From the IMG/VR virus record IMGVR_UViG_3300030117_006614, positions 1 through 56,963 of that record: 56,963 bases of DNA, one strand, 5' to 3'. This DNA comes from a virus (Duplodnaviria; Caudoviricetes). Position numbers and translations under genes: made by a program. The notes under the pieces are model-generated. The model worked only from the letters and a program-made list of their open reading frames with translations. It searched no databases and was not told the DNA's origin. This document shows positions 38,455-47,417 of this stretch, piece by piece; the stretch's first letter is position 1, and each line of letters begins with the position of its first letter.

Positions 38455-40065
38455 ATGGCGCTCGACAAACCCCGTATTAACGCAACCGTTTCTGGCTCTA
38501 CGGTTGCTACTGCTGTTACTGTTGATGATCTTGAAGTAGACAGTGGAACACTATCTATTGATGCCAACAATAATCGTGTTGGTATTGGCACAACCTCACC
38601 GGGCGTTAGGCTCGAAGTCCAAGACACGGCAACAAGCAGTGCAAACACTGGTGGCGCAATTCGTCTATCTGCGAACGATGGCGCCCCAATGGGTGACAGC
38701 CACAGGCTTGGTGTAATCGAGTTTACCGGTGCCGAAGACAGTAGCAATACACAAGTTGTGGGCGCACGAATCGAAGCCCTGACCGATGCCGCTTGGACAA
38801 ACGCAGAGAACGGCACCGCGCTGTACTTTTACACCACAGACGGTAATGCTTCTCAAACCAATGTCTTGAAGATTGATAGCAACCAGAAAGCAACGTTTTC
38901 TGGAGAGATTGTAGCGCCTTCTCTTGATATTAGCGGAAACGTTGACGTTGACGGAACGCTTGAAGCGGACGCCATCACAGTAAATGGCGCAACACTTTCA
39001 GAAACAATCGCTGACACTGTTGGTGCTATGGTTACCAGTAATACTGAAACTGGAATCACTGTCACCTACCAAGATGCTGATAATACACTAGATTTTGCCG
39101 TCGGTACGCTGAATCAGGACACTACTGGTACAGCAGCCATAGCAACCACGGTTACCGTAGCCGATGAGTCTTCTGACACTTCATGTAATGTTTTGTTTAC
39201 TACAGCAGCCACCGGAGACTTAGCGCCAAAAAGCGGAACAAATCTTACGTTTAATTCTTCTGATGGAACACTGACCGCCACAAATTTTGCAGGCACACTG
39301 ACCACAGCCTCTCAGACTAACATTACAGGTGTGGGCACTATTAGTACTGGTACTTGGCAGGGTACAGCAATTGCCTCTGCTTACCTCGATGCGGATACTG
39401 CCCATCTAAGTGGAACACAGACTTTTACAGGCGCTAAAACATTTTCTGAAGATGTTATTATTTCTGGAACCACACCAAAACTGACAATCGGTGACGATGG
39501 CGCAGAAGACACAATGCTTGTCTTCGATGGAAACGCAGCAGATTACCGTATTGGTATTGACGATGGAACAGATACCCTAGAAATCGGTAAAGGTTCTGCT
39601 CACGGAACAACCCCTGTAATCAAGATCGACAGTTCTACGAATCTACAGGTAATGCACAACTCTGCTGTAGCTGATGGAGAATACTCTGGCGATATAGCCA
39701 TGTTCACCGCCGGGGAGGATCTTACCGCCGGGGAAGTTTGTTATTTTAAAAGTGACGGAAAAATGTGGAAGGCCGTAGCGACGGCTGCGGCGACAAGTAG
39801 ATGTGTCGCTATGGCGACGGCATCTATCAGTGCTGACGCTATGGGCGTTTTCTTGCTAAAAGGCTTCGCACGATTCAACAGCGAATTTCCAACCTGGACT
39901 GTGGGTGGTGCTCTGTATACACCAGAGGCAGAAACAAGCAATAAAAATGTTCCTGAACAAACTGCTCCAGATACAGATGGCGATTTTGTTCAAATTATTG
40001 GCTGGGCAGTATCGGCAGACGCAATCTGGTTTGACCCCGATAGTACCGTAGTCGAGGTAGCGTAA
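38455..40065 (+). CDS. Long fibre protein (tail or head fibre)
   Basis: Thr/Gly/Asp-rich: NNRVGIGTTSP, LDISGNVDVDGTLEADAITV, GTQTFTGAKTF. C-terminal beta-clip-like domain (AGEDLTAGEVCY...FVQIIGWAV). Confidence 0.8.
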   Translation: MALDKPRINATVSGSTVATAVTVDDLEVDSGTLSIDANNNRVGIGTTSPGVRLEVQDTATSSANTGGAIRLSANDGAPMGDSHRLGVIEFTGAEDSSNTQVVGARIEALTDAAWTNAENGTALYFYTTDGNASQTNVLKIDSNQKATFSGEIVAPSLDISGNVDVDGTLEADAITVNGATLSETIADTVGAMVTSNTETGITVTYQDADNTLDFAVGTLNQDTTGTAAIATTVTVADESSDTSCNVLFTTAATGDLAPKSGTNLTFNSSDGTLTATNFAGTLTTASQTNITGVGTISTGTWQGTAIASAYLDADTAHLSGTQTFTGAKTFSEDVIISGTTPKLTIGDDGAEDTMLVFDGNAADYRIGIDDGTDTLEIGKGSAHGTTPVIKIDSSTNLQVMHNSAVADGEYSGDIAMFTAGEDLTAGEVCYFKSDGKMWKAVATAAATSRCVAMATASISADAMGVFLLKGFARFNSEFPTWTVGGALYTPEAETSNKNVPEQTAPDTDGDFVQIIGWAVSADAIWFDPDSTVVEVA

Positions 40066-41261
40066 TGGCAGACTTTGAGGCGGTCAATGGTGTGGCGGCT
40101 GCAAACGTCGAAGCCATTAACGGTGTTGGCAAAGCTAATTGCGAGGCTGTACAAGGCTTGACCGTTCCATCGACTGCAACCGGCGCAACCCGATGGGTAG
40201 TTGTGACTGGAGGCGGGTACGTTGCTCATGCTGCAAATAGTAATCGAACATCGTGGACTTCGTATGACGGTGCCGCTTCGACTCCCACTTCCATCGCACT
40301 TGCATTCGGAAAAAACAGTTCTGGCGCGGGTATTTACGTTGCGGGGACAACCTCGCACCAAAGAGAACTTTTAGTAAGTTCAACCGATGTAACGGATGGT
40401 AACGAATGGACCGACGTAAACGTTAGTCCCAATGACGATCAGTACGCTGTTGCTTGGGGAGCACGATCGGACGGAACCGCTGCCGGTACATGGATGAGCG
40501 GCGGCGATGATGGTTTGCTTATGCGAAGCACGGATGGTGCGGCAAACTGGTCTGCCGTAGATATGTCGAGCACAAACTTAGGTACAAAAGTGATCTGGGG
40601 GATTGCTTCAAACGGATCAGGAAAATGGATGTTTGGTGCCGGTTCCGCGTATCTTTATGTAAGCACAAACGACGGGGCAAGCTTTACAGAATCGGAACCG
40701 TTCTCTTCGAACACGCCAGGAGCAATCAAGGGCATCGTTTATACGAACAGCTCATGGGTAATCGCATATCGTAGAGGCAGCGCTGTACACTTCCGAAGTT
40801 GCGCAGATTCTGATACAAGCGATTGGAGTGCCGAGTTTAGCGTCAACAGCACTAACTTTCCGGCCCGAGCCTCTAACGGTACGGGCGCATCGGTTACGTT
40901 TGCCGACCCAAGCGGCCAAGAAGAATTTATTCGGATGGCTGCATCTAATGGGAAGGTATGCGCGGTTTCAACGGCCGACGAAGTTATCCTTACATTTGAC
41001 GTAGATGGTAAAACCATGAGTAACGGCGCGTTTCGGGACGGAAACAAAAGCGACGAAACTGGTTTTGATACGGACTCGGGCGACCTTTGCGCAAGCGTAG
41101 CAACGGACGGGACTACTTGGATGGTATCTTGTCGAGGTGGAGACATTCACGAAAGCACAGACAATGCTGACACATGGACCCGAATCTTAAATGACTTAAC
41201 AAACAACGGTACTCAAAATCATATTAACGACGTGTCGTGCGACGTGGTTCTACCTCTTTAA
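40065..41261 (+). CDS. Fibre-associated beta-propeller (BNR/Asp-box) receptor-binding protein
   Basis: N-terminal EAVNGV/EAINGV/EAVQG repeats; Asp boxes STDGAANW, STNDGASF, STDNADTW. Confidence 0.75.
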   Translation: MADFEAVNGVAAANVEAINGVGKANCEAVQGLTVPSTATGATRWVVVTGGGYVAHAANSNRTSWTSYDGAASTPTSIALAFGKNSSGAGIYVAGTTSHQRELLVSSTDVTDGNEWTDVNVSPNDDQYAVAWGARSDGTAAGTWMSGGDDGLLMRSTDGAANWSAVDMSSTNLGTKVIWGIASNGSGKWMFGAGSAYLYVSTNDGASFTESEPFSSNTPGAIKGIVYTNSSWVIAYRRGSAVHFRSCADSDTSDWSAEFSVNSTNFPARASNGTGASVTFADPSGQEEFIRMAASNGKVCAVSTADEVILTFDVDGKTMSNGAFRDGNKSDETGFDTDSGDLCASVATDGTTWMVSCRGGDIHESTDNADTWTRILNDLTNNGTQNHINDVSCDVVLPL

Positions 41262-41305
41262 TGTTATTGTACTGAATGTATACTCACTGCTCTATAGGAT
41301 AAAAA

Positions 41306-41680
41306 ATGGCACTACAAGTCACCGGTTTTAATGACGACACATTTTCGTACAAGATTGTTTACGAAAGCGCAGCCACAAGCACTGCAACAGTAAATGTGAC
41401 AGGAGAACCCGGTCGGCTTTATTCTATAGATATAGACAACAAATCAGGATCAGGCGTTTTTCTTAAACTTTCAGATGCAGTTTCTCCTGTAGCTGGAACA
41501 ACGGTTCCCGATATGATTTTTAATATCGCTTCTGCGAGTGCAAAAAGAATCGACATTCCAGACGGGTGGCCGTTTACAAATTCTCTTAGCCTCTGGTGTA
41601 CGCAGAACGAGCCTGTTGGCGATACGACTGCCCCATCAGGGGGTAACGGCAACGTCCTCGTAACCCTTGTTTGCTCGTAG
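41306..41680 (+). CDS. Small beta-sandwich protein, paralog A1
   Basis: LYSIDIDN, FLKLSD, AGTTVP, LSLWCT shared with three neighbours. Confidence 0.75.
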   Translation: MALQVTGFNDDTFSYKIVYESAATSTATVNVTGEPGRLYSIDIDNKSGSGVFLKLSDAVSPVAGTTVPDMIFNIASASAKRIDIPDGWPFTNSLSLWCTQNEPVGDTTAPSGGNGNVLVTLVCS

Positions 41681-41688
41681 GAAACACA

Positions 41689-42054
41689 ATGGCTTTTACT
41701 ACTACAACAGTCCCCACCAACCTGGGCAGTACACTTGTCACCGACCTCTCAGCAAGTGCCACAGAATCTGAAGGAGTTTTTTCCGGTCAGACTAAAAGCC
41801 TGTATCTGGTAGAGATCGACAACACTGACAATTCCCACATCACATATGTAAAGCTGGCTAAGGATGCTGCTGTCACCGTGGGTACTAGTGATCCTCATTT
41901 CATATTTCCCGTACCCGCATCCAGTAAGATTACATACGCAATAGGAACAGGTATCTCCATTCCTGCTCTGTCTTTTTGGGCAGTACAGGAGGCTGCTGTG
42001 GGAGGCACGACTTCCCCGACAAACCCCGTTTCCGTAAAAATCCTTTTAACTTGA
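41689..42054 (+). CDS. Small beta-sandwich protein, paralog B1
   Basis: LYLVEIDN, YVKLA, VGTSDP, LSFWAV; start ATG 41689. Confidence 0.75.
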   Translation: MAFTTTTVPTNLGSTLVTDLSASATESEGVFSGQTKSLYLVEIDNTDNSHITYVKLAKDAAVTVGTSDPHFIFPVPASSKITYAIGTGISIPALSFWAVQEAAVGGTTSPTNPVSVKILLT

Positions 42055-42061
42055 GGCTAAA

Positions 42062-42259
42062 ATGACCGCACTTATAGATAAGCTTTTTCATTCTCAGACT
42101 CGCGTGTCTTGGCGTCGTTTGGCTGTGCTCGCACTGGGAACTGGTCTGTTGATTTCAGGAATGCTGGATTCTGAAAAGTGGCTATATCTAGCTTTGGCTT
42201 ATATTGCTGGAGATAGTGCTGAAAAAGCTATGGCGGCAATAGGTCTTGCGAGAAAGTAG
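42062..42259 (+). CDS. Putative holin (2 TM)
   Basis: 65 aa, SWRRL followed by two hydrophobic segments and AYIAG. Confidence 0.65.
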   Translation: MTALIDKLFHSQTRVSWRRLAVLALGTGLLISGMLDSEKWLYLALAYIAGDSAEKAMAAIGLARK

Positions 42260-42263
42260 TTGA

Positions 42264-42644
42264 ATGGCTGTAACCATCACCAGTTGGCCGCAAAGCCTGG
42301 GGTATCGGATTATTCACGATGACTCTGCCGGAACCACCGTAACCAGCAACGCTGGCGGTGTGCCCCTGAGAATACATTCTATAATTATCGACAACACAAC
42401 GGGCACTGACGAGTGTTTCCTAAAAATCTCAGACACGGTTTTAGCGACCATAGGGTCAACAGAACCCACTTGGTTGTTTATTTGTGCTTCTGGAAAAACA
42501 GCTACCTACCACGTACCCGAGGGTCTTGCGTGTAACACTGGTCTGAGTTTTTGGACTACACGGGAAGAAGCAACTTCCGATCAGACTGCCCCGGCGGTTA
42601 GTACCGGGAAAGTAAAAATAACACTACTTGTTTCGGCACTGTGA
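42264..42644 (+). CDS. Small beta-sandwich protein, paralog A2
   Basis: IHSIIIDN, FLKISD, IGSTEP, LSFWTT. Confidence 0.75.
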   Translation: MAVTITSWPQSLGYRIIHDDSAGTTVTSNAGGVPLRIHSIIIDNTTGTDECFLKISDTVLATIGSTEPTWLFICASGKTATYHVPEGLACNTGLSFWTTREEATSDQTAPAVSTGKVKITLLVSAL

Positions 42645-42650
42645 GGTCTG

Positions 42651-43025
42651 ATGGCAACCGTATTACAAACACCCTTAACGGCACTGGCTGATAAGCTTGT
42701 AACGGTAGACGTGCTCTCGAATGTCCCAAACAATAACGTCACAGATTCGACTGCAGGGATCATCTACCTCTTGGAAGTAGACAACCGGAATAGCGACGGT
42801 GTTGGCGCATACCTAAAGATTGCTGACGCCAGTTCAGCTACTGTCGGAACAACACAGCCCAAGCTTAGTCTGTACATTCCACCAAAAGCCAAGCAAACAT
42901 TCGCTTTCCAAAATGGTCACGCATATACCGCTGGACTGTCGCTTTGGGCTACCCGAAACCCAGCCTATACAGATAACACTAAACCCGATTCGTCTCTGAC
43001 CGTTAAGATTCTGGTGACCGCATGA
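42651..43025 (+). CDS. Small beta-sandwich protein, paralog B2
   Basis: IYLLEVDN, YLKIAD, VGTTQP, LSLWAT. Confidence 0.75.
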   Translation: MATVLQTPLTALADKLVTVDVLSNVPNNNVTDSTAGIIYLLEVDNRNSDGVGAYLKIADASSATVGTTQPKLSLYIPPKAKQTFAFQNGHAYTAGLSLWATRNPAYTDNTKPDSSLTVKILVTA

Positions 43026-43270
43026 TCGAAAGTGTGTACCCCCTTCTCGCCGCCCTTGTCTTTGGGTTGATAGCACTTTTTACCGGAAAGAAGTTTTCTA
43101 AGAAGAAAAAGGAGGCGGTTAGTACGGCTCCTGAGAGTGCAACTGCTGGTCCTGCTCGCAAAGCTATCCAGCAAACTTTCGAGGAAGAAGTTGCAAGACA
43201 AGAGAAAGCGTTAAAGGGCAAAGACCCTGCTGGAGACATAGCTGCTCTGGGTAATGCGAGAAAACGTTAA
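43022..43270 (+). CDS. Membrane-anchored protein, spanin-like
   Basis: N-terminal TM then a charged helical region, in the lysis cluster. Confidence 0.5.
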   Translation: MIESVYPLLAALVFGLIALFTGKKFSKKKKEAVSTAPESATAGPARKAIQQTFEEEVARQEKALKGKDPAGDIAALGNARKR

Positions 43271-43713
43271 TGATCTTACCTCTACTACTTTTGGGCAGTG
43301 CCTGGGGTGAGGGGCTACCGGAACGGCCCCCCGTATCTGCCCCTATTGAGGATGAGTGCGAAAAAGTCTACCCAGTAAGAAAGGGTCAATCATGGCCTCT
43401 TCCGGCTCGCACCGAACAGGGTTTGCCTGATTGTTACGGAGTGCTCGTACCACTCTCTCAATACTCAGATTTACTAAACACCGAAACTTGGGCAACGGCA
43501 ATTGCACAACGGCATTCCATTGATATTGCTGAATTAAACATGCAAATCGACTGGTATAAAGCCCGGTTAGAAGAAGCAAATAAGCCTGTGCCTTGGATGG
43601 AAAAGCCTGCGACACAACGTTGGTTTGGTAGAATAGAAACACTGGCAGTCGTCGTGGTTGTCAGTGCCGGGTTAGGGGCTACATATTACTACACGTCAGG
43701 GGCAGGAAAATGA
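43270..43713 (+). CDS. Exported protein with C-terminal TM, spanin-like
   Basis: Signal peptide MILPLLLLGSAWG, coiled coil, C-terminal TM LAVVVVVSAGLGATYYY. Confidence 0.5.
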   Translation: MILPLLLLGSAWGEGLPERPPVSAPIEDECEKVYPVRKGQSWPLPARTEQGLPDCYGVLVPLSQYSDLLNTETWATAIAQRHSIDIAELNMQIDWYKARLEEANKPVPWMEKPATQRWFGRIETLAVVVVVSAGLGATYYYTSGAGK

Positions 43714-43997
43714 GTATAAAAGAATGGGTGATTCCCGGCATTACTGTAGTTTTTGCAGCAGGTATTTCTTTCGCGTCTTTCGAGTCTGCAGCGCAAGATG
43801 TGGAAGAGATTGACCAGCGTGTCGAGGTGCTGGAATCGAAGTCAGGGAAACAAGAGTTGGTTGACCTTAAAATCGAAGGCGTAGAAAAACGTCTTGATAA
43901 GATGGAAGACTTGATGGCCAAGATGCTCGAAGTACAGCAACAACAGGCAATCAACCAAGCAAAAATCTGCTCTGCCACGAATGCGGACTGCGACTAA
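43710..43997 (+). CDS. TM + coiled-coil protein (holin/XhlA-like)
   Basis: Hydrophobic N-terminus, heptad coiled coil, directly upstream of the putative lysin. Confidence 0.5.
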   Translation: MSIKEWVIPGITVVFAAGISFASFESAAQDVEEIDQRVEVLESKSGKQELVDLKIEGVEKRLDKMEDLMAKMLEVQQQQAINQAKICSATNADCD

Positions 43998-44575
43998 TGC
44001 GGCCCGTTCTCTTAGATTATGTGGCCTCGCTAGGGCATACAGTCTTTGAGAAAGGTGAGTACAACCTGAACATCATTGGCATCCGAAGCCGCAACCACAA
44101 AGCCAACAGCTTTGATGACCGTATATGTGTCGTGTTTCGAGACGAGCAAGGCTGGATTACCCGTACATGGGAATGTACCACTGAGCCCGGTAAATACTGG
44201 CTTGAAAACCCCACTCGCGTTGAAGGGACTGCTATTCTTGTACCTGGGCAATACCGATCTGTCTGGAAGATTGATAAGCACCAAGGAAAGTATGATGCGC
44301 TCTGCCAAAGAAACGGTACGGTCAAGACTTACCGGGACAGCAATAAAGACGACGTTATTGATCTTGATGTACAGTCTATTACTGAAGGCTATTATGGCAT
44401 CAATATCCACAAAGCTGGATCGGCGTCTACACAAGTAGATAAATGGTCTGCAGGTTGCCAAGTGTTTAGCCACAGCAAAGACTTCGAAGAATTCATGTCT
44501 ATCTGCTACGCTGCCCGTGAAAAGTGGGGCAATAGTTTTACCTACACTTTGGTTGAAGAACCCTATGACGACTAA
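43997..44575 (+). CDS. Putative endolysin, L,D-transpeptidase(YkuD)-like fold
   Basis: NIIGIR, TTEPG, PGQY, GINIH...WSAGCQV His/Cys catalytic pattern. Confidence 0.75.
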   Translation: MRPVLLDYVASLGHTVFEKGEYNLNIIGIRSRNHKANSFDDRICVVFRDEQGWITRTWECTTEPGKYWLENPTRVEGTAILVPGQYRSVWKIDKHQGKYDALCQRNGTVKTYRDSNKDDVIDLDVQSITEGYYGINIHKAGSASTQVDKWSAGCQVFSHSKDFEEFMSICYAAREKWGNSFTYTLVEEPYDD

Positions 44576-44873
44576 GAAAAGAAAAACTGCAGAGAGGGAC
44601 GCAATCTTAAAACGTATAGGCGTGTCTGGTTACAACAAACCCAAGCGTACTCCAAACCACCCCAAGAAGAGCCACGTAGTTGTGGCAAAAGAAGGGGATA
44701 GGGTTGAAACCCTGCGTTTTGGAGAACAGGGAGCCGAGACTGCTGGTGCGCCCAAAGAGGGCGAATCCGAGCGTATGAAGAAGAAACGTAAAAGCTTTAA
44801 GTCTCGGCATGGCAAAAACATAGCCAAGGGCAAATTTAGTAGGGCTTACTGGGCCGACAAGGTGAAATGGTAA
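44565..44873 (+). CDS. Small basic protein of a family common in aquatic phages
   Basis: RFGEQG...RKSFKSRH...AYWADKVKW; start ATG 44565. Confidence 0.7.
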   Translation: MTTKKRKTAERDAILKRIGVSGYNKPKRTPNHPKKSHVVVAKEGDRVETLRFGEQGAETAGAPKEGESERMKKKRKSFKSRHGKNIAKGKFSRAYWADKVKW

Positions 44874-45181
44874 TGGAAGCCCTGCTAGATACACTATTAG
44901 CTGGGGGTCACCTTGGACTCTTTGCGGCGTTCCTGGTGTATCAGTTTATGGCCATGCAGAAACGTTTGGATAAACTTGTAGAGGGTTTTCAGGAACAGCT
45001 TGATGAGATTAGAAAAGAGTATGATGCTCGATCGGAGAAAATGCGTGAACGGTATGACCGAGTAATTGACGAGTACCGAGGCCAGATAGATGTGCAGTCA
45101 AAAGACTTCCTCATCACACGCACCAAAGTCCATAACGATATTGTAGCTAAACTGGACCGAATCCTTGAATCCAAAAAATAA
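44873..45181 (+). CDS. TM + coiled-coil protein (holin-like)
   Basis: GGHLGLFAAFLVYQF TM followed by a coiled coil; TAATG-coupled. Confidence 0.55.
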   Translation: MEALLDTLLAGGHLGLFAAFLVYQFMAMQKRLDKLVEGFQEQLDEIRKEYDARSEKMRERYDRVIDEYRGQIDVQSKDFLITRTKVHNDIVAKLDRILESKK

Positions 45182-45214
45182 CCCCGCCCCCAAGCTTATT
45201 CTTGAGAACGGGGT
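45173..45214 (-). terminator. Hairpin/terminator between convergent operons
   Basis: ACCCCG...CAAG-CTTATT-CTTG...CGGGGT flanked by an A-tract (T-tract on the minus strand). Confidence 0.55.
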
Positions 45215-45297
45215 AGGCCACACGCATCGCGAGCATTTTGTGGCTTATGTTCTGCTCTGGCCCCAAACCCCCCGCACGGTGGGAAATCTATCTGCTA

Positions 45298-45636
45298 TCA
45301 GTCCTGCTTTTCCTGATAGTTTTTAGAATGTGTGCGGGGGGCCGGGGAGAGCGTTTTCCTGTGGGTACTGTACTCCTTAATACCTTTTTCTGTGGGTACT
45401 AAGTAGTGCGACCTTCCTACTTTTTCGCCTAAAGTGAGATAACCTTTTCGGGTTAGTGTAATGCGGGCTTCGTTAATATAACCAAAAAAGTCTCCTAACT
45501 CATCAGCAATATCTCGGGCGGTCACTTGCCCAGGACTTGCTACGACTTTTTCTAAGACTTCCCAGCGGCGACTTCCGACCCGTAATCCACCTAGTCCCAT
45601 GTTGAGTTCGACATGTTCGAGGTGGTGTGAAACCAT
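45298..45636 (-). CDS. Winged-helix (MarR-like) DNA-binding protein
   Basis: VTARDIADEL...LTRKGYL...LVPTEKG. Start may be 45600. Confidence 0.7.
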   Translation of the reverse strand: MVSHHLEHVELNMGLGGLRVGSRRWEVLEKVVASPGQVTARDIADELGDFFGYINEARITLTRKGYLTLGEKVGRSHYLVPTEKGIKEYSTHRKTLSPAPRTHSKNYQEKQD

Positions 45637-45827
45637 GCACCGCGCAGGCGGTCAATATCTCCAGGCAGGTCATCGGAACAGGGTACGCAAGCTACGGTCT
45701 GTTCGTTTGGGGCTTGCAAAAGCATATGGTCAGCATCACAAACCAACGTCAACCCAACGGCATCTTCAATACCACTTGAAGCATTGTGGAGGTATTCATC
45801 CACGTAGTTATTACCAAGGTATGCCAT
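45591..45827 (-). CDS. Small hypothetical protein
   Basis: 78 aa from ATG 45827 with GGAGG RBS inside the ATPase 3' end. Confidence 0.6.
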   Translation of the reverse strand: MAYLGNNYVDEYLHNASSGIEDAVGLTLVCDADHMLLQAPNEQTVACVPCSDDLPGDIDRLRGAWFHTTSNMSNSTWD

Positions 45828-47214
45828 CGCTTCCGCCTCCTGTAGTTTGGACCGGAGGTAGGTCGATAGTTTCTTCTGCAACTTTGTTTTTGCGTACTTC
45901 ATTAGAAATTTCAATGTGTCTCCAAGCGTCTTTCTTTGGCCCAGCCGGGGGTATGGTAGTCATAACCACGATTTGAACCGGAGCAGATTGAAGCTTGTCT
46001 AGGGTCTTAGACAGTGTATCAGCATCCCACATTCGGTCGTCCAAAATAACCATTATAGACTCTTCCCCCGTAGGTAGGGCCGCTGCCATCGCTGCAAGCA
46101 AACGAATCTCAGTGCTGCCAGAAAGGGCTACGTGCTTTTGCTTTCCCCGTTCCAAGTAGATTTTAAATTCCTTCTCAGAATAAGAAACTCCAAACTTATC
46201 TCCCTTGGGCAGAAAACGGTTTACCCGTTTGATGTACTTGTTCAGTGGGGCTTTCAGTAGGGTAGTACAAGCCTTGTCTAGCCCCTTAATAAGCGCGTCG
46301 TACTCGGCAGCAACCTTTTCGTGTTGCTTGACCCGCAAACTGACACCTTGAGCATCCCGAAACGCAGCCTGTTTAATAAGCATTTCTTCAATGTCGTCTG
46401 CATACTCGGCAGAGCCTTTTAGGTTTTTCAGTTCTTCTTTTGTACCCAGTGTTAGGGCCAAGTTGGTCAGGGTGGTCTTATCGTAGTCGCTGGAACCTTC
46501 TTTTACGATTTTCCGTAACCACTCAAACTTGAGAGACTTAAAAAGGTTCTCGTATGCGGTGTGCATTTGGTCTGCATCAGCCTTCTCAGCAGTACTAAGC
46601 GTAGTGAGCAAGTCTTGGGCAGCTTTGGCATCCGACTTCGCGTTGCGTTTCCACGTACCGGCCTCAGATAGTGCCGATACTAACGTTTCCCCTGTGATGG
46701 GGCGTGGACCCATATCCGGTATCAACACTTCTAGGGGTTTTGTAAGGTCGAATGTCGGGTGATTCAAAAGCCGTTCCAATTCAATCCTACTTACACCTTC
46801 GGGCAGTAACCGGGAAAGGAAAAAGGCTCTAGCCCGTTGAGCAGAACCGCTTAGAGCAGAACGCAACTCACTAATGGGCAGTGCTTCCCCACTCCCGCCT
46901 TCCATCTTGGGCCGCTTCCCAACAGCTTCCATACTCCAACGGGCCTCAGTGCCATCGTCGAATGTGGCTACAGCGAAGAGCCCTTCAGGACCGACGTGCC
47001 CCAAGTCTGATAGCTGATTTCCAGCTTTTACGGGGGCGTTTCTAAAAAACAGCCCATAAGCGCTGCCGGACAGAGCAAGTTGTACTGCCTCTGCGATTGC
47101 ACTCTTACCACTCTCGTTCGGGCCGATGAGTAGGTTGTAATCTCCCAACTCATACTCCCAGGCTTGACCGTTAGGGCTTTTAATGTTGCTCCTAATCTTA
47201 ATAACTTTCTTCAT
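45811..47214 (-). CDS. SMC/Rad50-like ABC ATPase with short coiled coil
   Basis: Walker A GPNESGKS, signature LSGS, Walker B VILDD. Confidence 0.8.
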   Translation of the reverse strand: MKKVIKIRSNIKSPNGQAWEYELGDYNLLIGPNESGKSAIAEAVQLALSGSAYGLFFRNAPVKAGNQLSDLGHVGPEGLFAVATFDDGTEARWSMEAVGKRPKMEGGSGEALPISELRSALSGSAQRARAFFLSRLLPEGVSRIELERLLNHPTFDLTKPLEVLIPDMGPRPITGETLVSALSEAGTWKRNAKSDAKAAQDLLTTLSTAEKADADQMHTAYENLFKSLKFEWLRKIVKEGSSDYDKTTLTNLALTLGTKEELKNLKGSAEYADDIEEMLIKQAAFRDAQGVSLRVKQHEKVAAEYDALIKGLDKACTTLLKAPLNKYIKRVNRFLPKGDKFGVSYSEKEFKIYLERGKQKHVALSGSTEIRLLAAMAAALPTGEESIMVILDDRMWDADTLSKTLDKLQSAPVQIVVMTTIPPAGPKKDAWRHIEISNEVRKNKVAEETIDLPPVQTTGGGSDGIPW

Positions 47215-47417
47215 TGTTCTTCCTTTTCTTGGTTTTGATAGAAACTCTCAAGAGGCTCTTGAAAGACTTTTGCTGGCTTAGTTTTACCTGTCCGCCAACG
47301 ATAGACAGTCATAGAGGATGGCCCAGCGGTGTTCATGCCTTCACCCAATGCGACAGAGATTTGTTCATCTGTCCAACCGCGTAGACGTAGTATCTGTAGT
47401 TTCAATGCGTGACTCAT
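47211..47417 (-). CDS. Cro/XRE-like HTH protein
   Basis: LRGWTDEQISVALG...SSMTVYRWRTGKTKP. Confidence 0.75.
   Translation of the reverse strand: MSHALKLQILRLRGWTDEQISVALGEGMNTAGPSSMTVYRWRTGKTKPAKVFQEPLESFYQNQEKEEQ

Noticed and set aside
19440-41691. TAGGAAA(A)(T/C)ACAATG recurring before genes at 19453, 38061 and 41689 as a phage late promoter
   Set aside because: Fully explained as Shine-Dalgarno plus spacer plus start codon.
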